A DNA stretch of 64,000 nt, from the NCBI GenBank assembly GCA_023270185.1, contig JAGLCY010000030.1, forward strand, positions 1,134 to 65,133, given 5' to 3'. Origin of the DNA: Candidatus Krumholzibacteriia bacterium. GTDB taxonomy: Bacteria > Krumholzibacteriota > Krumholzibacteriia > LZORAL124-64-63. The notes under the pieces are model-generated. The model saw only the letters and a program-made list of their open reading frames with translations. It searched no databases and was not told the origin of the DNA. This document shows, one piece after another, positions 18,186-27,206 of this stretch (its first letter is position 1; each line of letters begins with the position of its first letter). The position numbers were made by a program, and so were the translations under genes.

Positions 18186-21100
18186 TCACGAAAAGTAAGA
18201 GTGTGTATCGGTAGGTGGATCCCCGGCACACGCCCCCAGTAAATCAAAATCCCCTTCAAGAACCCGGTCCAGCCGTCCCGTTCTCCATCCTCGGCTCCGA
18301 TCCTTCACCAGCGGGTCCGGCAACTCGCGATAGATCCTCACCATCGGCGGGGCCCCGGCCATGGGTTCACGCATGACCTCCCGCGCCACCCTCAACAGCT
18401 CATCATTCCGCTCCGCCACACTGTCCTCGGGCATGGGGGCCACCCGGACCAGGACCTTGTGCTGGATCGAGGCTTTCGACTTGCGGGGATCAGGTTCCTC
18501 CCAAACATGCAGCCCTGTTTCCGACGCCAGGATATCATAAGCCGCATACCCCGACACGCCCAGCATCAGGGACCTGCCGCTGCCCGGCTTGTGGGCGACA
18601 TCTTCCAGCACCCGGACACGCATCTTGCGCCGTTGTCCCCACTGGCGGTACATCCCGCCAAGACGATCGACCCACTCGTCGACGATTTTACTCTCGATCC
18701 CCGGCCCCTGCTTGCTCTCAATACGGATAAAAGCTTCCCATGCCGAGCGTGACTCCAGGGAGCGGCAGGCCAATTCCAGCAAGTGGAAACGTCCGGCTGC
18801 CTGACCCACCAGCTTGCGGGGATAGTGTTCTTTGGGTCCGGTGCCCGGCAGCGCGATCTTCGGCAACAATCGTCCTGCCGCCTCCACTCCGGATTCGACA
18901 CGCTCCCGGTATTCCACCTCGCCCAGCACCGCGTATCGTTCAGTGGATGACCAGAATTCCGGTAACGCGGTCATGGACAGGGCCAGACTCTTGGCATCCT
19001 TCCAACCCGGCGATTCCAGGTATTGGCACAACTGCCGCCAGTGTCTGGTCAGGTCCTCGAGTTCCGCGGGGGTCCCCTTTGGATTCAGGGCGATGGCTGC
19101 GAGGCTGGTCGAAACACCACCCACGGTCGGAGTGCATGGATCGTTCTGGATCTCCTGTTCCGTTTCTTCGCCGTTGTCCTGCTCGGCCTCCGGGTTGATG
19201 AACTCGGTGAGCAGACTGTTCTCCCGCGCCTGGATATATAAAAACTGATCACCGGCCGGGAACTCCCCCTTGACGATCGTCTCAGCCAGGGGAGTCAGCA
19301 GATAGCGCTCGATGGCTCGTTTCAGCGGGCGAGCTCCCAGGGTCGGGCTGAACCCCTTGTTGAGCAGGAATTCCAGGGCTGAATCCTCCCAGACAACATC
19401 CCATTGGCGATTGCGGAGTCCGCGGCGCTTCTGGACATCATGCAGTTCCTTATCCAGGATCTCCCGCATGATTTCCCGGGTAAATGGCCGAAACACTATC
19501 ACGCGATCCAACCGGTTGAGAAACTCCGGACGGAAGGCCTTTTCCACGGCACGGCCCACGTCGCCGGCGCGAAATCCCTCGCCGTCCTGGTCAAAACCCA
19601 GGCCCACGCCGGTGGCTGCCTGCCCACCCAGATTCGAGGTGAGAATGATGATGGAGTGGCGGAAATCAGACGTTCGGCCCATGGGATCGGTCAGGCGACC
19701 ATCGTCGAAAACCTGCAGGAAAAGGTCCCACACCTTCGGATGAGCCTTCTCGAACTCATCCAGAAGAATGACCGAGAAGGGTTGCTTGCGGATCTTGAGC
19801 GTCAGGGATTCGCGGTCGAGATTTTGTCCGTCGCCGACCAGTCGTTCCAGGCTTTCCGGTGTCTGGAATTCGCTCATGTCATGGCGCAACAGCCGATCTT
19901 CCGACCCGAAGAGATAGCTGGCCAGAGCCTTGGCGATCTCGGTCTTGCCGGTGCCCGTCGGTCCGGCAAACAGGAACACGCCCTGGGGCCGGGACGGATC
20001 GGTCAAGCCCGCCTTGATCAGGGTGATGCGTTCGATGAGGCAATTGACGGCCTCGGGTTGGCCCAGGATCCGCTTGCTGAAAAATGCCCGTAACTGTTCC
20101 GGATCCAGCATCTGGCGTTCATCAAGGATCTGGCGGGGCAGACTGGTCATAGCTATCAACGTGGTGATCAGATCGTCACGGGTGATCTGCACCGGATCCC
20201 GGGACTCGGCCAGCACCTGCATTCGCGCCTGATCCAGGAACGACATCAGGCAACCCGGCGGTTCACGGTCCCGCAGATACTGGCGCGCCAGCAACCAGGC
20301 CTCGTGGATGCTTGTTTCGGTCAGGAGTTTTGGACCGAGGGCCTTCGACCAGGCCGCGGCAAGTTCCAGGGTAGCGGTCTCACCCAACGGCTTGATGCGG
20401 TAGACCTCGCACGAGGTCAACAGCCGGGGCTTGTCCTGGGCCAGTTGTTCGAAAGCAGCTGCCGGTAGCTCTCCGACAATGATGATCTCTCCTGATTCGA
20501 GTAGTGGCATAATAATATCCAGGATGCTGCTCCTGGAATGATCGTGGGTCCCGGCCCAACTGAGGGACTGGAAATCCGGCACATACCAGAGAACCTGCCG
20601 GCCGCCGCTGAGTTGCTTAACGAGTTCCTTGATTCTCTGATCGAGATCCCCGAAATACCTCTGGCCGGCCGTCATGTCGGACCCCGAGGCCTCGAAGACG
20701 ATCCACCCATTGTCCATGAGTTCGCGCCCCACCTGGCGCGCTACGGCGGTCTTGCCCACACCGTGTTCACCCGTAAGCAGCACCGAGCGGCGAGGGGTTT
20801 GTCGGATCGTGCGCAGAACATCCTGAACCTGGGCCGCAAGCTGGGGATGATCGATCACCAGCGGACCGGAGTTCGCGTCGGGATCCCAGATGCGACCGAT
20901 TGCCTGAAGGACGTCCCGGTCGATAAAAGCGGCCCGCCACTGATCGAGCTCGGCCTGAAGAGGCTCCGCCGCATCTTTCAACGGAGAATCCAGCGCGACG
21001 GTCAAGACCCCCCGCAGGCTCTCCCCTTTCTCCACGTCCAGTTTTTCCAGCAGCTCGCCGAAGGTCGACTTTTCCCCGTCCGCCAACCGGTCCGTCAGCA

Positions 21101-21603
21101 CCGGGGTCATGCTATTGATCAGGATGTCGAGCCAGGGTCCCTCATAATCCCGGATCTTGAAGAAAAGTTCACCCGCCAACGACCGATCGAACGGTGTGTG
21201 CTGCAGCAGTGCCTTCATTACGAAAAATTTATGCCAGGGCCCTCCTTGATCGAACAGCCGGAGCAGGGGAGCAACCAGTTCCGGATCACTATCGCGCTGA
21301 CTGACGGCCATGACCCCCATTTGCCACAAGGCCTTTGATGGATCATTACTGAGTTCAAGCAGCTCTTTGCTGGGGAAGGCGGAGTTTCTCAGCAGGTCGA
21401 CACCCGACTGAAAATCATTCATTTCCGCCAGGTCGTCTGGGGAATCCACGTCGTCGATATAACCGTCTACCACCGCGGCCTGGCCCTTGGCGGCGGTCAT
21501 CTGGGTTTTCTTTTCGAGCTCGGCCTTCCTGTCGAGATCAGCCTGGGAAACAGGTCGGTTCAGATTCTTCAATAAGGCTTTCAAATATTCAATGATACCC
21601 ATC
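18186..21603 (-). CDS. ClpA/ClpB-family tandem AAA+ ATPase with a novel N-terminal domain and a C-terminal class-I peptide-chain-release-factor-like module lacking the GGQ motif
   Basis: Start taken at MGIIEYL (GGAG 9 nt upstream). NBD1 has Walker A GEHGVGKT but an atypical Walker B (VLWYVPDF). NBD2 is canonical (FAGPTGTGKTEIAKALA, ILLDEFEKAHPKVWDLFLQVFDDGRLTD, ILTSNLG). The last 330 aa or so align to RF1/RF2 PCRF and RF-1 cores: AFIRIESKQGPG vs AGTGG; MYRQWGQRRKMRVRVLE vs MYLRWAESRGFKTEIIE; LGVSGYAAYDILASETGLHVWEE vs [35 protein letters not shown] vs HTSFSSAFVYPEVDD; C-terminal RTGRLDRVLEGDFDLL vs [21 protein letters not shown]. The GGQ loop region is deleted or replaced (MREPMAGAPPMV). Confidence 0.85.
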
Positions 21604-21713
21604 GACTGGACTCCATCCGGGCGAAGAGACAATTGGCTCAACACATGGCTGATGCTACCACAACTTCAACCGGGAGTGTATCCTGGGCTCAAACGGATGG
21701 TTCGGGCAGTCAA

Positions 21714-22817
21714 TTATTTGACTAGTACCATTCTCTTTGTCTCTGTGAGACCCGCAGCCTCAAGACGGTAGAAGAAAACACCTGATGGTACTTGCTGTCC
21801 TGAATCGTTTCGACCGTTCCAAACAACCTCGCTGCGGCCCTGTGGCACTGTCTCATCATTCAGGAGAGTGCGTACCAGGTGGCCTGACAAATCGTATACC
21901 CGGAGGCTGGCGATCGTCTCTTGCGGAAGGTTAAATGAAATAGTCGTCTGGGGATTGAAAGGGTTGGGATAGTTCTGCAACAGACGCGGCGCGTGTATTG
22001 GAAGTGTTCCATCCTGAACGCTACTCGGTAGTGATGGAAACACTCCTGATTCCGATGTCCAGGTCACGCCCGGAGTAACCTTGAACTGGGTGATCTTCAG
22101 ACCGTCGGAAAAGTCGAAATACCCATCACCGGTCACGTAGCCGCTGCCCGTATTGTATGACACGGACCAGGTCTGACCGTTGTAGATCCCCACGCGAAAC
22201 TGCAGGTCGTATTCCTGTGGGTTGTTCAGGGTTGATCCGGGGGAAACCAACTGTACCGTGAGCATGAAATCTTCGTTGACCTGAATCGTGCCCTCCTCAT
22301 CGACGCCCACTTCAAGTATCCCTGTATCGAAGATCTCGGTGTGCAGAGAGACGCGGCATTGGGCCCTGGATCCAGCACCGATATCCGAACCGATGGTGCC
22401 GATCGCCCTACCTCCGATAGAGACTTGCACGCCGTCGGCATAGTATCCAGCGGGAACCGTGTAGGTCAAAACGTCCAGAAACGATATATCCTCCACCCGG
22501 CCGGTGCCGACATGGATATGGTTGAGGTTATCCTTCACACCGTGGGCATATGCCTGGGCGCTGACCGTGGCGGTGGACATATCAACATAGAAAACTGCTG
22601 ACCCGTAATTACCGGCGCCGCCGAACTTGGTGAAATCACCATCCACGTAGATCTGGTTGAGGAGGACGGCATCGTCCATGATGGGAATGCCGTCAGAACC
22701 CGTGGCATAGACGTAGTAGTCGTAGGAGACATAGAAAGCAACGGCCGGAGAGGCCAAAACCGTGAGAAGAAACACCATCCCACAGACACAAGAGACGAAT
22801 CCACCGAATTTCATGAC
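21714..22817 (-). CDS. Secreted protein with T9SS C-terminal sorting domain (Por_Secre_tail)
   Basis: Start at MKFGGFVSCVCGMVFLLTVLASPAVA (signal peptide). C-terminal LQNYPNPFNPQTTISFNLP...GVFFYRLEAAGLTETKRMVLVK. Confidence 0.75.
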   Translation of the reverse strand, partial: VMKFGGFVSCVCGMVFLLTVLASPAVAFYVSYDYYVYATGSDGIPIMDDAVLLNQIYVDGDFTKFGGAGNYGSAVFYVDMSTATVSAQAYAHGVKDNLNHIHVGTGRVEDISFLDVLTYTVPAGYYADGVQVSIGGRAIGTIGSDIGAGSRAQCRVSLHTEIFDTGILEVGVDEEGTIQVNEDFMLTVQLVSPGSTLNNPQEYDLQFRVGIYNGQTWSVSYNTGSGYVTGDGYFDFSDGLKITQFKVTPGVTWTSESGVFPSLPSSVQDGTLPIHAPRLLQNYPNPFNPQTTISFNLPQETIASLRVYDLSGHLVRTLLNDETVPQGRSEVVWNGRNDSGQQVPSGVFFYRLEAAGLTETKRMVLVK

Positions 22818-23016
22818 ATTTCCCCTTTGCCCAGCAGCCCTCCAGCATTCATCCACGAAATCGATTTGGGCGATGACATTATTATATCATAAAATCGCTA
22901 TTGCTTTCCAAAATCCTGAACTCGTCCGTTTGACACAACCACCCCTCCGCGCCTAAGTTAGCTACCGAGGTGTCATCATTTTACGATTTGCTATTACAAC
23001 CCTGCTTATCATCCTG

Positions 23017-25986
23017 ATGTTGGACGCCGCCTCCGCCAACGCCTCGGTGCACGACATCCACCTCCACACCGACAGCACGCCCGATTATGTATCCATCGAG
23101 GACTTTGTGGCCACCGCCACCAGCGTCTGGGACGATCCGGAAGACGAAGCCATCGCCCTGTGGCGTTGGATGGTGCGCAGCCACCTGCAGACCAGCACCA
23201 CCCGCGAGGACGGCGCCCCGATCTGGGACCCCATCCGATTCTACGGCAGCTACGCCAACACCAACTGCGGATACAAGGCGGCCTTCCTCACCGCCTTCGT
23301 CGAAACCAAAGGTGGCAACTGGCGGCACCGCTACGTCGAGTTGAGTGACCACACCGTTGCCGAAGTATCCTGGGATGCCGGCGCCACCTGGCATATGTTC
23401 GACGCGTCCATGGTGGTCTATGCCCGCCGGCATGACGGCGCCATCGCCTCCTGTGCCGACATCGCCACGGCCACCAGTTGCGATCTGTCGGACTTCTGGG
23501 GTGATCCGGCTGCCGAGCCCGGACATCTCTATCTCTATCACGCCGCCGCCGAGTGCATGACCAACCCGCCGGACCCCGACCACCCCTTTGACCTGGGATA
23601 TCCCAGCGGCTACCGGAAAGGCGCCGACAACCCGGTGCCGTTCTCGCGTACCCTGCGCAACGGCGCCGACTCCTACCTCTCGGGTTTCGACGTGCAGGAG
23701 GCCTTCACCCACATACGGCGCGGCTGGCGCAACCGCCTGCACCTGCACCCCGGTCACAGTTACACCCGTTACTGGTTACCCCTGGGGGCGGGCCCCGAGT
23801 ACGCGCGGCTCACTACCAAGGGAAACGACCCCAACGATTCCTACTATCCGGCCAACATCCGCAGCAATGGCCGCTGGGAAATCGCCCCTGACTTCACGGC
23901 TGCCGACGTTCGGGGCGGCTGGCACCAACTCACCGGGTTGGTGCATCGCGATCAGGATGGCGGCGCGGGGCCGATCCTGCGCCCCGGACCCGATGTGAAC
24001 CAGGCCGATGCAGTGGTCAAGATCGATGCCGCCAACGTGATCACCTCGGCCGGGGTCTATCTGGCCGGACAGCGGGGCAGTGGCGACCAGGTGACCCTTG
24101 AGTTTTCCCGAGATGCCGGCTGCACCTGGACCCAGGTGGCGGCGCCGGCGGCCGGCTCCTTCGCGACCTGGTATAATCTGCCGGCGAACCTGGTGGGCGG
24201 CGCCTTCGAGGTCCTGTTACGAGTGCGCCTCGTGCCCGATGCCACCCGTCAGGATTGCGGCCTGAACGACTTGCGCGTCGAAGCCACCACCCAACTCAAC
24301 CGCATGACGCTGCCGCGCCTGCAGCGTGGCGCCAACCGGGTGCGCTTTGCCGCCGGCCCACCGCGGGAAACACTGACCTTGAGGCCCACCCTGCACGCCG
24401 GATCTCAGTACCATTGGACAGTTTCGGCCGCCGACTTTACCGGCCTCACCTCGCAGATTGAGCCCGGGGGCTACTCGTCGGCCATCGTGGTGCCCACCCT
24501 GGCCAACGCGCCCGGCAGCGTGACCTGGCGCGTCGACACCCCCAGTGATCTGCTCAGCGCCACCTTCGGTGGCAGCTTCCTGACTCGTTACGGTGGCTCA
24601 GGCGACCAGGTGCGATTGCGTTATTCGTGGGACGGTCAGAACTTCACGACGGCGGCAGTATTCGACGCCGGCACCGCGCCCACCTGGAATGCCATCCTGT
24701 ATGCCACGCCCGATCTTGTGCCCCCCGACGCGCGCGCCATCTGGCTGCAGTACGATGTGCACAGTTCGGTGAGCGCGTCTTCCCAGAGCACGGGTATCCA
24801 GGATGCCCTCCTGCAGGTGCACCACGCCGCCCACGACCCGACGTTTGTGCCGGTGGAAGTGACCTGGTGTTGGATCGAACACCGAACCGAGGGCGGCCTC
24901 ATGCGGCGGCATACCCGCGTGGTCACCACGGCCGACGAGGTTTGGGACCTCAACGTTTCCGGCTATCGCGACCCCACCATGCAATGGGTACGGGTGCAAC
25001 TGGCCGACCCGGGCGCTTCCGAGGGCTATGACGACGGGATCGACGTGGGCCCCGGCGCCGGCTTCGACCTGGTGAAGATCTCAGCCGATTGGATCGACGA
25101 TCTGGCTTTCGGCCGATCCTACACCGTGTCTCGACCTGCCTCGTCTGTCAATCCGGATACCGATGGCCTGGAGCTCACCGATGGCGTGATCATCCCACCC
25201 ACTACGTACCAGACGTCCACCTACGTGCAGGGCCAGGTGGCGTACTGGGAAGGGGACGATCCCCTGACGGTGACCGTCGACCTCGGCAGCGAACAACCCG
25301 TGCACGCCCTGCGCGTCACATCCCACCAACCCAGCGCCCAGTTCGGCCATGCCGGCACCATCGCGGCTTTCGGTCTGGACGACGACGGCGCCGCCACAAG
25401 TCTGGGAGTCATCCAGCACGATGATATCTGGAGCCCGTCGGGCGACCATCTCGACTGGGGCTACTGGCGTTCGGGCGACTTCGCCGACCTGCCCGCGGGC
25501 GGTCGCCTTGCCCACGGTTACTGGTTGGTGCTTGAAACGCCGACCACCGCGCGTCAGGTGCGGCTGGAAATTCTGCCCCTGGCCGGCCACGGCGTGGGCA
25601 TCAGCGAAGTGCAGGTATTTTCAGCGGTGAGCGTGTCCGATTGGCCCGACCGGGAGGTGGACCTGGGCGCGGTGTCGGCAGTGGTGTTCGATGACGCGCC
25701 GGCATCCAGACAACGGCAACACCTGTCCGTGACACCCAACCCGGCCAACCCCGGCACATTCATCGGTTACGAACTGCCTCGCGCCTCCCGGGTGGTCATG
25801 CGCATGATCGACGTGCGAGGTCGCCTGGTGCGCAACCTGGTTGACGGGTGGCGGCCCGCCGGAGCGCATCGAGCATTCTGGGATGGACGCGATAACGCGG
25901 GGCGCGCGGTGGCCTCGGGGGTTTACCTGGCGGTGGGCGAGTGGACGGGTGGTCGAACTATTGGACGCGTCACGCTGGTGCGATGA
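23017..25986 (+). CDS. Large secreted protein with N-terminal transglutaminase-like cysteine protease domain and T9SS/FlgD-Ig-like C-terminal sorting domain
   Basis: Cys-His-Asp arrangement NCGYKAAFLTAF...DHTVAEVSWDAGATWHMFDAS. C-terminus ...NPANPGTFIGYEL...GVYLAVGEW...RVTLVR. The in-frame sequence upstream of the first ATG encodes a better signal peptide (IILRFAITTLLIILMLDAASANA), so the true start is probably a non-ATG codon near 22975. Confidence 0.7.
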   Translation: MLDAASANASVHDIHLHTDSTPDYVSIEDFVATATSVWDDPEDEAIALWRWMVRSHLQTSTTREDGAPIWDPIRFYGSYANTNCGYKAAFLTAFVETKGGNWRHRYVELSDHTVAEVSWDAGATWHMFDASMVVYARRHDGAIASCADIATATSCDLSDFWGDPAAEPGHLYLYHAAAECMTNPPDPDHPFDLGYPSGYRKGADNPVPFSRTLRNGADSYLSGFDVQEAFTHIRRGWRNRLHLHPGHSYTRYWLPLGAGPEYARLTTKGNDPNDSYYPANIRSNGRWEIAPDFTAADVRGGWHQLTGLVHRDQDGGAGPILRPGPDVNQADAVVKIDAANVITSAGVYLAGQRGSGDQVTLEFSRDAGCTWTQVAAPAAGSFATWYNLPANLVGGAFEVLLRVRLVPDATRQDCGLNDLRVEATTQLNRMTLPRLQRGANRVRFAAGPPRETLTLRPTLHAGSQYHWTVSAADFTGLTSQIEPGGYSSAIVVPTLANAPGSVTWRVDTPSDLLSATFGGSFLTRYGGSGDQVRLRYSWDGQNFTTAAVFDAGTAPTWNAILYATPDLVPPDARAIWLQYDVHSSVSASSQSTGIQDALLQVHHAAHDPTFVPVEVTWCWIEHRTEGGLMRRHTRVVTTADEVWDLNVSGYRDPTMQWVRVQLADPGASEGYDDGIDVGPGAGFDLVKISADWIDDLAFGRSYTVSRPASSVNPDTDGLELTDGVIIPPTTYQTSTYVQGQVAYWEGDDPLTVTVDLGSEQPVHALRVTSHQPSAQFGHAGTIAAFGLDDDGAATSLGVIQHDDIWSPSGDHLDWGYWRSGDFADLPAGGRLAHGYWLVLETPTTARQVRLEILPLAGHGVGISEVQVFSAVSVSDWPDREVDLGAVSAVVFDDAPASRQRQHLSVTPNPANPGTFIGYELPRASRVVMRMIDVRGRLVRNLVDGWRPAGAHRAFWDGRDNAGRAVASGVYLAVGEWTGGRTIGRVTLVR

Positions 25987-26000
25987 GATTCACCGACGAT

Positions 26001-26038
26001 ATCAGGCCCGCCCCTCCAACTGGAGAAGCGGGCCTGAT
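26001..26038. terminator. Strong GC-rich stem-loop between convergent genes (ATCAGGCCCGC ... GCGGGCCTGAT with inner CTCCA/TGGAG stem)
   Basis: 11-bp perfect arms with a nested 5-bp stem. Lies between the stops of the 23017-25986 gene and the caspase-like gene. No U-tract, as is common for high-GC factor-independent or bidirectional terminators. Confidence 0.4.
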
Positions 26039-26068
26039 CGATCAACAACAGGGTTCAGCCATCAACGA

Positions 26069-26947
26069 CTAAATATCCAACATCCCTGTGTAGCTGTCGG
26101 TGTTCTTGGCCGAGGTTCGCAATTTATTCGAACGGCCCCACAATTTCATCTCGGACTTGGCGTAACCACTGATGTCTTCACCAAAGACCATGCTCAAATC
26201 CTCGGCTGCCTTCAGCCAGAAATGGGTCCAGGCTCCGTTGGTGAATTCCGGCGCGTCGTAGGAATAGGTATTGTCCGATGCAGTGGCCATCAGAGTGCCA
26301 CTCTCAACATCCCCATGGAAACCGCCAATGACACATGCATCAAGAGTAACCATCTTCTTGGTGCAAGCAATAGCGTTGAATTTCTCCATCACGTACCCAT
26401 GGGTCAGGTAATACATGTCCCGACTGATGAGACACGATCCATAGTTCAAGTACTTGGTCCCATGACCGGAATAGGAAAAGAAGACCTCGTCGCCGGCCGA
26501 CGCCGAGGCAACCAGCCAGTCAAGTCCGGCCGCGATGGCGTCAGCGGTAGCCGCATGGTCGGTGTCCACGCGACAGGTGAAACCCTGGCTCTGCAGGTAG
26601 GCCTTCATGTCCCGGGCATCGTCATCGCAGTAGTTGAGATCGTTGACCGTTCCATCGTAGTCGGAGATGCCCACGATGTAGGCGTATTTATGGGCGGGAT
26701 TGGGATTGGGATCCTCGTCTCCACCCGGATCAGGACGGATGGGCTTCTTTTTCTCTTCCATGTATTGTACCGAAGGCTCCAAAATTGACGTCTGGATAAG
26801 ATTCTGGGGCCGTGTATCGACAAATTCCGGTCTCTGAACCAAATTGATCTGCTCCTGCCCTGAAGCCGGATCCGTGGGCTTTTCACTGCAGCCAAAAAGA
26901 AAAGTCAGGGCGAGACTGGCCACAACAACCAAAAGAAGTTTTTTCAT
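26069..26947 (-). CDS. Caspase-like (peptidase C14 family) lipoprotein
   Basis: Start at MKKLLLVVVASLALTFLFGC with a perfect SD (GGAGGAAACGATG). Caspase His-Cys dyad context: AYIVGISDYDG..., FFSYSGHGTKY (His-Gly) and KKMVTLDACVIGGF (catalytic Cys). Confidence 0.75.
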   Translation of the reverse strand: MKKLLLVVVASLALTFLFGCSEKPTDPASGQEQINLVQRPEFVDTRPQNLIQTSILEPSVQYMEEKKKPIRPDPGGDEDPNPNPAHKYAYIVGISDYDGTVNDLNYCDDDARDMKAYLQSQGFTCRVDTDHAATADAIAAGLDWLVASASAGDEVFFSYSGHGTKYLNYGSCLISRDMYYLTHGYVMEKFNAIACTKKMVTLDACVIGGFHGDVESGTLMATASDNTYSYDAPEFTNGAWTHFWLKAAEDLSMVFGEDISGYAKSEMKLWGRSNKLRTSAKNTDSYTGMLDI

Positions 26948-27206
26948 CGTTTCCTCCAATAACAGGGTGGATTGGCGAGAGGCAAAATTAGTTACGTTTT
27001 GCCACGACTTGATCAGTATAGCAAATAATGATCTCTTGAGAAGCGAATGTCGCTCTTCGTTTTCAACTCGGACTCTCTGGTGGAACGTCGAACGATCGCT
27101 GTTTTTTTTGCAGGAGGGTATTTCATCACATTCATCAATTGGGGTATGGTACGATTGATTTGTAAAAGTCTTCTTCAAAATACTCCGGCCCGCATCGGAG
27201 CCACAA

